DNA of 61,151 nucleotides, counting the filler, from Sphacelaria rigidula (lineage: Eukaryota): the NCBI GenBank assembly GCA_964200075.2. It is 8 parts of 8 records of this genome, joined end to end, with 100 filler letters (N's around TTAATTAATTAA, not from the genome) between each part and the next. Parts side by side here need not be neighbours in the genome. Positions count along the whole stretch, not along the records: positions 7,658 to 15,214 come from CAXNAA020014344.1; positions 15,315 to 22,871 come from CAXNAA020014345.1; positions 22,972 to 30,527 come from CAXNAA020014346.1; 5 more parts are not named here. One strand, given 5' to 3'. Position numbers and translations under genes: made by a program. Within the stretch, counting starts at the first letter, position 1. Each line of letters begins with the position of its first letter. The notes under the pieces were generated by a model, which was given only the letters and a program-made list of their open reading frames with translations, was not told the origin of the DNA and did no database searches. Below, in pieces: positions 12,764 to 24,852 of the stretch.

Positions 12764-12878
12764 TTGCACATAGAAGGCGTGTGCTTGGAACGGAAGTTTT
12801 CGTAGGGCTCGCCCGCTGAGACCTTCCGCCAGCTCCGCTATCTCGAGAAGACTTCCCACGGCCGACACAAGTCCGCCT
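12764..12878 (-). CDS. TRIP13: Pachytene checkpoint AAA+ ATPase TRIP13/PCH2, C-terminal-region exon
   Basis: GGLVSAVGSLLEIAELAEGLSGRALRKLPFQAHAFYVQ matches the TRIP13 motif EGLSGRxLRKLPFLAHAxYVQ; acceptor acag| and donor |gtgagg. Confidence 0.88.
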
Positions 12879-13666
12879 CTGTTCGATTCCACGTTGCGCG
12901 AAAAAAGTTACAGATTTTCAAAAAGGTTTAGAGCCGGGAGGTACAGGGATCATTTCCGAGTGAACTGTAGTGAAGATTTTCAAAATGGAAACCGCTCGAG
13001 TATTTACAGTACAACGATTTCGGGGTTCAGCCTTTTCTTGTTTGTTTCATCTCGTGGAGAAAAAAAAAAAAAAAAAGGTTGAGCGGCGCTGAATGGTTCA
13101 GCGATGTCGGGCGGTCTTTCCCGTTTGAAAACATGTGAGTGTTTTCTCAAGCCAGAAAGATGGTTGGGACGGAAGCAAAACCAGTAACGCCTACCCCGGA
13201 CAACCCCCACAAAAGTTGATAACGTTATCCAAGAAACTGCAAGTTTTTCATGCGCATCAAGGGATATCAAACGGCTGTCTGAGGTGAGCGGGACATTCGC
13301 ACGCGTTTCTCGTTCGTAATGCGCGCGTCCCCCTTCTTGTGACATTAGTTAACGCCGTACGTCAATCGATCTACCTTCACCATGCATATAGAACCCATTC
13401 AGTAGACATAATGGCACATGCATACGACCCCCCGCCCCCAATAGGTGTCGTCAGAGCGTTCGATAAGCACGGTACTCACATTGAGTGTACGGGTCCAACC
13501 CCCTCATTACATCGAAAACGGAGTCCGACTCCCCACCACCATCAAACAGGAATGACGCAACTCTCCCTCCAAAGCATACCAGCACACCACAAACAGCGCC
13601 CGGTACATGCTGTAAGGCCACCAAATTCGGGTCTCTCTGATATCACAAGCCCCCTCCCCGTTTCAC

Positions 13667-14081
13667 CTTCCTCCCGGCGATGGCGACGGCCACATTCCGA
13701 TCCCTGCCCTGCAGTCTGGGCTTCCGCCAGATGATGCAGACCCTCCGAGGAGATTGGACGACAACGCCACGCGCCCGGGCTTGTCCTCGGAGGTGTCCAT
13801 CCCATCATCATTGCCGCCGTCACCATATCCAGCATCGTCTCCGCTTGTCCGCCCACCCGCTCTGTCGTTGCTACTGGATGATGTACTGGCTGCTGCACTC
13901 GTCGCTACCGGTGTTATTGCCGTGGGAGCTCTCGTCGTTGTTGTCGTCGTTGTCGTTGCCGCTGCTTGTGCGGACGACGACGGGTGCCCGTTTCCCTGTT
14001 GTGCTGCGGTGCTTCCCACCTCGTGGGTCCCTGCTGCAGCACCTGCTCCTGATGCTTCCGCCCCGTGCCTTTCGCTGATGA
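13667..14081 (-). CDS. TRIP13: TRIP13/PCH2 preceding exon, low-complexity Ser/Thr/Ala/Gly/Asp segment
   Basis: Open 415-bp exon with a polypyrimidine-rich acceptor (ccatag|) and donor (GAAG|gtgaaa); its phase-2 end joins in frame to 12878. Confidence 0.7.
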
Positions 14082-15214
14082 CTATGGATTGCAAACCAAA
14101 AACAGACACGAATAGTTAGAGCGGGGGTTAAGAGAGAGACAGGAATAACGGGGAGAGGGAAGGGGGGGAACTTGTTGACTTTAAGTGGCATGCCGACCAC
14201 AGCACTTAACTCCGGGTTTAATCTAGGGTTAGAGTCAGGGTTAGGGTTGGAGTTGTCGTCTGGGAAAATACCACGAGTTTCCATTTGCACGATGAAAATA
14301 GAGGTTGAAACCGGTTCCTGGTGGTTCCTAACAGGATTCCACGATGAAAACCGCAGTGGTTCCTGTTGCCTAGGAAACCCTCGTTGATCCTAATGCTGCC
14401 ACATGGACCGAAGGTCTGTCCTATTGCCCTATGATTTTTAAATTACGAACCTGGTGGCCGGTGTGACCTAGGGGTGCCGTGTTGATTGGCAAGTAGCTCT
14501 GTGGCTTTGGAGAATGATCTGGTGAACAAACAACAAATAAGACACGTGTTCAAGTCAGAGGGAGCATTTCATGTTCTCAGTACTGAGTACTGTACATGTA
14601 GCGACCGAGTAGTAAAGGAAAAGGCAATGATGACGACGATGAGGAGCAGGAGGAGCAGGAGGAACGAGAGGTGAAGGATGGTATTCAAGGGTATCATCAT
14701 TTCGCAAAACTTTCGCTACGTGCGATGTCCCAGATACAGCATATGGATAGTCTTCGAAATTCTGGGAGGATACCAGCCGTGGTGCACCCATGTGTACACT
14801 ACAGATTGTGACAAGTCAGATTTACACAATGAAACTTCAATAAGCTATGTGTCGTACGTCGTGCGTGCAACTTCTCTCTTTCAGGTGAACATTTCCGTTG
14901 CCAGCAACCCAGGGATCGAAAGTGAACGAACTCCAATGCGTACGGCTCCTTCCCTTCCATCGAACTCGCCATCACAGGATGAAAAGTGAAAATTGAACGG
15001 TAAAGGAGTCCAAATCATCGTCTCGTGGAGAAGAGAGCTGATGAAGTCACGTCATGACTTGTGCCATCGATGAATGAAACTCATGGTTCGTACGTATTGG
15101 GTGCCTGTTTTTATCTGAGTTTACCCCCCTCCTCCCCCCCGTAAGACAAGCACGCATGAGGCAGTGTATAAGCCATGGCTGTCTCTAGAAGTGGCGATAC
15201 CAGATAATAAAGCA

Positions 15215-15314
15215 NNNNNNNNNNNNNNNNNNNNNNNNNNNNNNNNNNNNNNNNNNNNTTAATTAATTAANNNNNNNNNNNNNNNNNNNNNNNNNNNNNN
15301 NNNNNNNNNNNNNN
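15215..15314. other. Artificial contig spacer
   Basis: 44N-TTAATTAATTAA-44N. Confidence 0.98.
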
Positions 15315-15582
15315 GACCAAACCTCCTACAATGTCCCCTAGCTCGACTCTGTACACGAGTCACCCTACCCATCCGGGCGTTTATAAGGGCGTTTATAGTT
15401 GGGAGGAACTATTGGTTTCGGTTCGTATTGTAATCTACAAGGGAATATTTTATTTATGTGAACATCTGGATTTGAACTGCTCACTGTGTGTGGTTTGGAT
15501 TCTGGGTTGATTGCTGCTGCACAGCTGCACTGTAACGGGCGCATACGACTCGAGCCTCTGTTCGTGAGAGCATAAAATTTAC

Positions 15583-15644
15583 AGGCAACCGATTAGACTA
15601 TCGTACAGTCAGCGCTGACTGTAAGGTCGTCTAATCGGTTGCCT
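15583..15644. repeat. 62-bp near-perfect loopless palindrome
   Basis: AGGCAACCGATTAGAC (15583-98) pairs with 15629-44; the central TACAGTCAGC|GCTGACTGTA is a perfect 20-bp palindrome. Confidence 0.9.
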
Positions 15645-15704
15645 ATGAATCGTCACAGGACGAAGGTATAGTGAGGCTGCCGTCTAGGAGGCAACTAGGC
15701 CTAA

Positions 15705-15866
15705 TTACATGATAATAAGTTCCTTTCCTCGTCGACCATTAATTCGAATGCTGTGTACCCAGGACATGGGCGCTCTCCACTGTTGGGCATTGTGTGAGAA
15801 AAATCCCATATTGCTCCGAGATTTGAGCCCACGACCCAACCGTCAGAAGGTTTCGAGGTTACCAGT
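15705..15866 (-). mobile_element. SINE 5' part with tRNA-like head
   Basis: The minus strand reads TGGTAACCTCGAAACCTTCTGACGG..GGGCTCAAATCTCGG (degenerate pol III A/B-box layout) and runs into GGTCGACGAGGAAAGGA, shared with 160-395. Confidence 0.6.
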
Positions 15867-16255
15867 ACAAATAAAGTATAACGAAAGCTATGCCCGGGCC
15901 CGTTTGATGTAATCCCGACCACTCTGCTCAAAAGCTACTCCTAGGCAAGACCTTTGCGGTCGGCGCTTAACGGTATGGATCACACCTGCAATGGCAAGTG
16001 GTTGATCTTGTTCCCGTTGAAACCCATAACCCTATATCATCTCAGCTTAGGATGCGTCCTCACATGGCACTTTTTTCGCCCTTGCAACACACATACACAC
16101 ACAGCCTCTTGAGTACCCGACCGGTTGTACATCAGAAAAGCTCAGATTACAGGATGGCAACGTCCGTATGGGTGACGCCAGCAATGTTTAGGTCACCGCC
16201 AGAGGTATCTTTCTTCACTCCGCATACCAACGTCTATACAAGTGTTTGATCTCTC

Positions 16256-17113
16256 GTGCGAGAGGTGCGGGGGGTTGACCGACAGCTGGCGAGCCCCTGC
16301 GCGCCCCAGAAAAAGCTGCGCGATTACCGTACTGCCTAGTGGAGCCAGCGAGGGTTGCGCGTTCCACGCTTGGCCAGGTACGGTCAGGAAGAGGAGTCTA
16401 AGGACTTCAAACACGTGGTGAGACCTGCGTGAGGAAGAGGCGCTGTGGCCATTGTTGTTGTAAGGTGGTACAGCGCGTCTCGGTATAAGGAGAGAGTTGT
16501 TGTTCCTGTGAGTGGGAGGCGACTTCGTTTTTCAAAAAGGCGTGTGGAGTGCTGTACTGCTGACCGAAATGTACGAGGTACAGGAGTATGTCGCGGTGGA
16601 CGGCCATGTTGTTCGTGCGCCGTAACAATATGTTGTCATCGATGGTCGCGCTGTCCGTGTACGATTTCTGGATATGACCTACTACGGTCGCAAGTTCTCA
16701 AGTGAAAAATCTACTCAGTTTCTGCGGAAGTATGAGGACTACCTTCGTGAGATGCACGCAACGAACGAGCGTCAAGCACGCTGGCACGCTGTTGAGGAGC
16801 CAGCGGTCTCTGACCTCATGCCCGCACATATCGAGAACTGTCTATGTGACACATTTTTGGATGGTGCGAATGATGTTGGGCAAGAAATTGCTCTTTGCGC
16901 TGCGCAAGCATGCACCCTATGCATCGCCGGTGTGGTGCAAGATAGTGTGAAGGTCGGCGGCGGTGGAGACAGGCACGACATTTTGACGGGCAAGAAGGCG
17001 ACACAGCATAGGCCTGTCCGAGTGCGCAGGCACGAGAGTGCTAGAGGCGCTGCCGCTATTGCCGTCAAGGAGCAAGCCGGACAAAAGGTGACGGCTGTAG
17101 CGAGTATGGGTGA

Positions 17114-17163
<50 letters not shown>

Positions 17164-19990
17164 ATGTTGAGAGAGCGGGGTCTACATGGGCCAATGAGCA
17201 CGTACTGGTGGGCGGAGGTCCCAATAGCTTGTTGCCGCCGGAGCAGCGCGTAGCTGGAGATACTCCTTGCATGCTCGAAGCTGCAGGGGGTGTTATTCGC
17301 GTATGGCGAGCGAGCAGGGTGAGCTTGGAGCTTGCCGTGCTCATGGTGAATCTATCTGCGCTAGTGACATGGCGGGAGATCGTTCAGATGATTCGCAGGG
17401 GTGTCTGCTTGAACGACAGGTGGATGCCAGGTTGGCGGAATTGCCGCCGGAGCAGCGCGTAGCTGTGGACACACCTTTTATGATCGAAACAATAGGGGCG
17501 TGTGACCCGCGTGAAGCGGGTACGCAGAGCGAGCTGCAAGCTCGTGATGCTATTAGCCATCACTATTCTGACGGCGACGACGAGAGTCGCGTGGTGTTGG
17601 GTTGGTAGTGTGCACTGCTGTTTAGATGGACAGCTTTGGCGTATTTAGCGGCGATGACGGAGGTATCTCCACTGTTTCGCCGCGGGGTGTTCGAGGAGGA
17701 TAGTGTGCCTTCAGGAGGTGTTGCTGTTCGAGACTGTGTAGGTGTTCCGGTCTCGCGTCTGGTTTCCTCTGTAAAACTGACTGAAGCACAGGTGTTCAGT
17801 ACTGCCCAAGTATCTGTGGAGGCAGATGATCTGTCGCATTGGTTTGGCGGTGCGAATATACCTTTTAGAGGCGTGTTGAGCTGCACCATTGGGGTGTCAG
17901 GTGTAGCTAGACTGAAGGTACAAGGAGGGAGTGTCCGAGAGGAAAGGCTGCTCTACGCTGTGCACTGGGTTGTGGTTCGAGTGCTGCTATTTCTCAGGGG
18001 CGGGCTGGAGGACTACAAAGAAGGCATTACATGAGGTGTTTGCTGTTGTGGTGAGCGCCGAGTTGGGTACTGATGTTGAGGAGCAAGTGCTGTGGTGAAT
18101 GAGTGCTTGTTGAGAATGAGGAAACACATTATGACTGGTATTCGCAAATCGTTTTGAGAATAATTTCAGCTTGTTATTATGTGGCTTGTGGTCATGTTTG
18201 CGCATGAAACATGGTTGTTGAGCATGATCGTATCTCGTGTTCAGGGTAAAAGTCTTGCGTACACGTGGATATTTAGGATGTGTCTTATGCTGATCTGGTT
18301 GGCACGAATGGTGCATGGTATTTGCTGCGAGGAAGGCGACATTGCATGTGCTGAGTGAAATATTGGCATGCATGTGCGGATTTTCATATGCTGCGTGGAA
18401 TTTTGGCAGGCATGTGCTAATTAAATGGTACTGATATGAATGATATCTGGTGACGACTTAGGGTGAGGCAGTTTTCAATATACTGCTGCATGCTAAATGA
18501 AGAGGAGCTCGTATAATCTTGTTCGCGCAGGAACACAGTCGAATCATATTTGTGCGGTTTGCACGTACTGACTGCAGGATGTATGGATTGCTGCTGTTAG
18601 CTTGAAAATGAGCAAAAACTACGAAATGTGTAGGCTCGTACCGACTGCAGGAGACGGTGACATCTGCTGTCAGCGTAAAAATGAGCTGAAAGGTACGAAT
18701 TGCGTAGGCTCGTCGTATGTGAGCAGGTACGACACGAGTGCTTCCGGTGGTTGAAGATAAAGGCATTATGCGCCCATGCATCAATGCTCTTTGACCGTGG
18801 CACGTTTTGTATAGATTGTCACGTGTTTGAACGAGCACGTGGTTGGCTTTTCGTCCATGTCAGAAGGAGCATGTGGATGATGCGTTCATTTGTTCAAAGA
18901 ACTGGTGCAGGTGGACTGCAAGAGTGTCGAGGAAATTGTTATTTTTACATTTTGGCTGATGCACGGATGGGATATGACGATCCAAGATCCAGACGAGATA
19001 TAGAAATGTCCGGGATTTTCTCGAAAAGAAGAGTTCGAGAACGAGATCATGAGGGGTGATCAATGATGGCGGAGGTCGAGGTCCGTTCGCCGTCGTTGGA
19101 TCAGTATTCATTACTTGCATAGCGGTTTGAGTCCTTTGATTGTCTGAATGAAATGATGGCAAGTTGAAGCATTGAAGCTTTGACGGCAGGGAGGCATGCG
19201 ATGCATACGTTTTTTACGGTGTTGCAGGAGCAAGAGGACAGGTGCGTTTTAGACTTGTTGGGTACTTATTTCCTTCTAGCGTGAGGACGATGTATCATTT
19301 GGCTGTTGCACTCCGTTGCGCAGGTGTTGAACGCACAAAGAGTGAATTTTGTATGTTGAGAAGTACCTTGTCTCGGATGAGAGGGACGATGAGTCACGAA
19401 TGCTTTGGAATTTGACGTTTGTAGACATTTCCGGTTCCGAGCAGATGAAGGGTCAAGAAACTTGTTTTGGGCGAAGATTTGAGAATTTGGCGCGAGCTAT
19501 CGCTTTGTAACTCGAAGTGGTGCAAGTAGCGCGGTTGCATGTTCATGATGGATGACATTTTCTTGGGATCTCTTGCGAGTTGTTCGGAAGTAGGGCAAGC
19601 TTGTATGGCGCTGTTGTCGAAAGCAGCGGAAGAGATTGCTAATCTTTGCGGAGAAGACGGTACGATCAGGCACCAATGATGTCTAAGTTTGTCAAGCTTT
19701 GATGTAACTACTTGTTGGTAGTAGAGAGCTTTGGGGGTGCTGTAGACTCTAGCCACCATTGTTACCTAAGGACATTTGCAGGTGGAGTTGCGGGTCTGAT
19801 TGCCGGACTCTGTGATTGTGACCTCCATGACGAGTAGGCTTGATTTTTGCCACTCTGGTGAGGAGAGGCTATGGTCCTGTTCTCCTGTACTATGCTGGGG
19901 ACTAATATATGAATAGGTAAAGCTGCTGGAGTCCATGTGCCCGTGATGGGTGGAGTCCACATGGCAATCTGATCTTGAGTGACAAAAGTC
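16256..19990 (+). mobile_element. Highly degraded gypsy-like retroelement inserted in the foldback arm
   Basis: Gag-like ORF 16674-17462 (QFLRKYEDYLREM...), protease-region-like ORF 17636-18034, and a frameshifted IWVDD-like RT motif near 18444 (ATCTGGTGACGAC). No LTRs were recognised. Confidence 0.45.
17118..17162. repeat. (GCT)15 microsatellite
   Basis: Direct reading; in frame as poly-Ala in ORF 16674-17462. Confidence 0.95.
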
Positions 19991-22153
19991 TAAAGTGGCA
20001 GACCTGTCCTTGTTGTGACCACACAGATGCAGAGAGGTCGGGTAAAATCAACGATGACAACAACATACCCCAAGTTGCGATTGGATCTTGTTATTGCCGC
20101 AAAATCGTCCTTGCTGGTATGTGTGTCTGTGAAAACAGTAGCGGTGACGGAAACGTCGCCCTGCTTCTCGACGACGTGTTCTACAGCGCACGGAGGCGCG
20201 TCCTGTCCAAAACGAGGGGCAGGGAGGATTCGATCTTCGCATTGATCAGCACCAGAGACAAGAGAGAAACATATCAGTCAAGACGCGACAACCTCCGGCA
20301 CCTCGATCTTCTTTGGGGGGTTGTGCAGCAATAAACCCCCTGCCGGCACATGGCAAATTCGATATGTGCTGGTAATATAATGCCGATCTCTCAAGCGATT
20401 GGGAATCGCCGAACGAGGAAACACAAAGGACACGGGCGAGGAGCTTCCTCTCCGCCGATGCTCCTCCGGCGGTATCGTCATCGACACTCGTGTACATCGC
20501 ATTCATTCGGTGAACCTAGCCACACCTGCATGAAACAATATATTCTCAGAACTGGGGTTGAACACTAAAATTCGGTTCAAATAGCACAACTAATTTCAGG
20601 AATGATGCGGAACAGTTGCACCTAGGGAAAGCATCTTACCCCCAAGAAATTGAAGCAGTCATTAAAACAACCGATCATCGAAATTGAGGATGGAGCTTCT
20701 CATTTAGGATGAGGATTCGGGAGATTCGAATCTTCGTATCCACACCAAATCTTCGAAATATGGTTCAACTCCTTCACCTACTGGTAGCTACTGACAACTG
20801 CTACACGCCCTACAAATTTGGATTTCGACAGCCGAAATGTTGGGGTCCTAGATAAAATATATTTTTGGGGAATGTAGGTATTCCCCAAGAATGATTTTTC
20901 ATCTAGGACCCCAACATTTCGGGTATCGAAATCCAAATTTGTATGGCGTGCAGTACTTGTCAATTGCTACCAGTACGTGACAGAATGGGGCTATATTTCG
21001 AAGATTTGATGTGGATACGAAGATTTTAATCCTTCGGGTTCTCATCCTCAATGAAAAGCTCCATCCTCAACTTCATTGAACGGCTGTTTTAAGCAAATGT
21101 GGGCAGGTGCACCGAATGCGGTGTACACGCGTGTCGATGACAATATCCGCAGAGAGAGGAGCAATGACGGAAAGGAAGCTCCTCGCCGGTGTCCTTGGTG
21201 TGTCTTCATTCGGTGATTCCCAATCGCTCGAGAGATTGACATCATGTTACCATCACATACCCAAGTTTCCATGTGTCGGCAGGCGGGTTATTGTAGCACA
21301 GTCCCGGAAACAAGATCGGGATGCCCACGGTTATCGTCTCCCGTCTGTGGCGCTGACAATGCAAAGATCGATTCCTCTCTGCCTCCCTGCTTGGGCAGGA
21401 CGTGCCTCTGTGCGCAGTAGGACACGTCGTCGAAAAGCAGGGCGATGTTCCCGTCACCGCTAGTGTTCTCTCACACAGACGTATGCTAGCAAGAACGGTG
21501 TAGCGGTGATAACAAGATCCAGTCGCATCTTGGTGGGAGGTGTTGTTGTCATGGTTGATCTTACCCGACCTGTGTGTTCACAAGGACGAGTCTGCCACAC
21601 CCCAGTTGGGGAGATGTATGAGAGATCAAACACTCGTAGAGATCTCCTTGGCATGCGGAGTGAAAAAAGGTACCTCTGCCGGTGACCTAACTGTTGCTGG
21701 CGTGACCCATGTGGAAGCGACCACCTTACAATCTGAACTGTTCTGATGTACAACCAGTCGGGGAGTCAACAGGCTGTGTGTGTGCGTGTGTGTTGCAATG
21801 GCAAAAAATCATGTCGTGCGAGGCCGTTCAACGCTGAGACGAGACAGGGTTGTTGTTTCACCAGGAACAAGGGTGTTCTATGGCCAATCCCTTGCCGTTG
21901 CACTTGTGACCCACGCCGTCAAGCGCCAACCGCAAAGGTCGTGGCAACAATAGCTTTCGAGAAGAGTGGTCGGCATATTACCAAGCCAAACAATCCGGGA
22001 CAGCTTTCGTTGCTCTGCGCACTTGTACCGACCGCCTGTAGAACAATCGTCATAGCACCGAAATGGGCAATGCTTGGTACAAATGAACAGTTTCTTCTCC
22101 TTCAACTTGTTCCATAGATTTAAAACGACTCTACATACCTGCGGGAGGGCGTC

Positions 22154-22871
22154 TTACCCTCTTTCCGCCAGGAATAAAAAACGATGACACAGTTTTTGCA
22201 AGCTCTACGGAAAATCGACCAGCACAGAGAGTTTTCTTCGAATGAAAATTCGCGTTTTTCCACCTACAAATGTTTTATTAGATCAAATCTCTCTTCCGGA
22301 CTCGATCCTGTCCACTGCAGTTTTGTTCTATACTAACCGCTTTACGCAAATCTCATTTTTTTTCGGTATAACCGTTCGACAGTATCTTTGTACGTTTGGC
22401 CGCTTCCCTTTCCCCCAGCCAGGCATCGATGAACAAGGAACGACTTTTTCAGGCGAGTACAACACACATGGCGGCCCGGAGAAGTTTCTTTCCATCAAAA
22501 TCTGTGTCTTCGAAGCTGCAAGGTGTTCCAAGCGCATGGTTTTCTAATACCAACAGTAACTTGTCGAATTATGTTCCGTTGTTCGAGCACTGTCCGACGC
22601 CGATGCCGGAAAAGTTTCGTTTTGCTGTTCGACAGTTTCTTCTGATGTTCAACTGGACCTGAAGCGGACACCTTCCCTCAGGTTTTCAGAACCGTTTTCA
22701 TCTTGTGCATATAGCTCATGAAAATCAAACTCTCTAGCTTTCACAGGTCTTGCGAAATCGGTGCAGTCTGTTAGCGTGACCACCACTGCGCAGACGGGAG
22801 GTAGCTATGATCCGGTTTGCCTGGCGTACTGCCGACAGCGTCGCGTGAAAGCCACAAGACCCTTGCTGTCG
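22154..22871 (-). mobile_element. 3' end of a piggyBac-like transposon relic
   Basis: Homologous to 52772-53122. The minus strand gives a broken C-terminal region with Cys remnants (MCVV.., RYCRT..EIC), and a TTA-CCCTCTTT terminus-like motif lies at 22154. Confidence 0.45.
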
Positions 22872-22971
22872 NNNNNNNNNNNNNNNNNNNNNNNNNNNNN
22901 NNNNNNNNNNNNNNNTTAATTAATTAANNNNNNNNNNNNNNNNNNNNNNNNNNNNNNNNNNNNNNNNNNNN
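22872..22971. other. Artificial contig spacer
   Basis: 44N-TTAATTAATTAA-44N. Confidence 0.98.
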
Positions 22972-23967
22972 GTTCGGCCCGAAGCCTACTGATTATCTTG
23001 CATTTGGATGACAGCCTACAATGAGTTGCTTTATTCTGTGGTATCGCCACTTCCAGAGACAGTCATTGCTTTTACACTGCCTCATGGGTGTGTCACCAGA
23101 AAAGGGATGGGGAGGGGGGGGAGTATTTTGGGTCATTTCTTCGGTGAAATCCCATTTAAAATCGCCATTGAAGGCAGCAACGGTTGTTCAAGCGCACTTG
23201 TTACCGATATACTCTTGCCTCGGTCTGCAGTACGTTTTTTTTACGAGGGTGTGGATTTGGCGGGGTTAAATTGGCCCCGAGTCCAACCTCGTCCGTCTGG
23301 CGAATCACCACCAGCCTTTTGTATTGGTCGACATCTTTTCAACCTATGAAAAGCCGAGCGCACAGAATGAATGGAAAGCCCCCCTCTTGGTATCATTTTC
23401 GCCATTGTCGCTCACATGGGGCGCGTTTTGCAGTGAGAAGCCAGCTATCTTGCCCACATAAGGTGCGTCATGCACGAGGAAAGCAGCTTTGACGCCCTAT
23501 ATGGTCTACTCTTCGATGCACGTTTTGGGCTGTTTTTTGGGCGGGGCTATCGTAGAAAGACTCGTCTGCTCTCTACGAGCGTCTCCTCGAAAATGGGGTT
23601 AAATATGAAAATGAGTTTCAACTCCGAAACCGCAGTGCTTTCCCTTACCTACAGTCATGACAACCGACTTTTATATGGACGACCGCATCCCCCCCGGCCT
23701 GCTTGAAACGTTTTCTGGGGGTTCTCTGCCTCCCGTTTGAGCAATGCTACGGTAGGGGTGCACTTTTTGCGCGAAATCTTGTCTGGTTTAGGGGCTCCTG
23801 AAGATTTTTGATGCACAAGAACATGGGTCAGGGCACCCCGGTTTGCAAATTCATTTGGGACGCCCCTAGCACGTCGGACTAGTAATCCTAGCATACTATC
23901 ACATGTTTCAAAAGTCGTGTTTTGGATGAGATGAAGGGCTCCTAACAATTCAAACTTCAGAAAATAT

Positions 23968-24852
23968 TTGTACACCCCTACCGTAGCATCCTTCGTTTCC
24001 TCAAAGGGTGTGTGGGAAAGCACTATTTTTGGGCTTAAGGGGACCCTTGTTTCACGCCGTAATCGGAGTGAAAAGGAGCTTCAGCACATACCGTGTAAGG
24101 GAACGGAAGACGGGAAACTCCCAGACATAGGTGTAGAGAGGTCAGGGGGGGAGGTCCTCGGTATATATGAAACTCATCTGTCATGGCTAGAGATCAGGGA
24201 AAGCACTGTTTTGAAGTTGAAGCTCATTTTCATCATATCCAGCCTCGTTTTCGAGGAGACTCTCTTCGAGGGCGGTTCGGTTGCTGCTCTCAAGTCTTTA
24301 TTCCTGCACTTCTCGATGTACAAGCCATGTCGTACAGGCTCCATAATAGGGATGTTGTCTGTTCCTCCGGAGGAGTTCAGACTTGATTCCCCTCCAGAGG
24401 AATATGTTCCCTGCACACCCTGGACAATATATGACATTGTCAAAATTTGTACTGCGTACGGTGTAAATTCTATTGTCGAATGCAGTAGACGCAGTAATCG
24501 ATACTGTACGCATTGCACTTTTTCACAATGCAATCTATTGTCCAGGATGTGGTACTCTGTAGAGAGTTCAGATACCGCATACTCTCGAGCAATCTTGATC
24601 CTATGTACAGCATGCCAAACCCTAATTACTCCAGATCCGGCATCATCTCTTGCTCCTCTACAGTACGTTATCCCGAAAAGCTCGACAAGCACGAGTTGTG
24701 CGACACAAACTTCAAAGTTCATTGTTTCTGTTCCTCCTCAGGTATTCAGACTTGCTTCCCCTCCAGAGGACTACGTGCCCTCTGGAGGTTTCACGTACCG
24801 TATACTCTCGAGCAATCTTGATGCTCCAAAGCATGCCGTGCCCATACTCTAG
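23968..24852 (+). pseudogene. Unknown coding relic with duplicated module (SVPPxxFRLxSPPExYVP...YRILSSNLD)
   Basis: Two module copies (~24355-24630, ~24727-24850) differ often at third codon positions in this frame; an inverted paralogous piece lies at 23570-23700; a MITE interrupts it. Confidence 0.4.
24414..24551. mobile_element. 138-bp MITE (CAC...GTG ends); second copy at 45437-45575
   Basis: TIR CACACCCTGGACAATA / TATTGTCCAGGATGTG; absent from the sister module at 24775; homologous copy on another contig. Confidence 0.8.

Larger units (their letters stand above)
15863..22030. mobile_element. Giant foldback (palindromic) element centred at ~20876, left arm split by an insertion
   Basis: 15863-16255 is the reverse complement of ~21620-22030, and 19995-20873 is the reverse complement of 20880-21600; centre is TTGGGGAAT-GTAGGT-ATTCCCCAA. 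Confidence 0.85.

Noticed and set aside
15800..15866. tRNA gene
   Set aside because: No complete cloverleaf; it runs into SINE body sequence.
15863..22030. DIRS-type element with inverted terminal repeats
   Set aside because: No tyrosine recombinase motifs seen; the retroelement sits inside one arm of a continuous palindrome rather than between ITRs.
23000..23700. Gypsy chromodomain tail on the minus strand
   Set aside because: Only scattered short resemblances amid many stops; not enough to assign.
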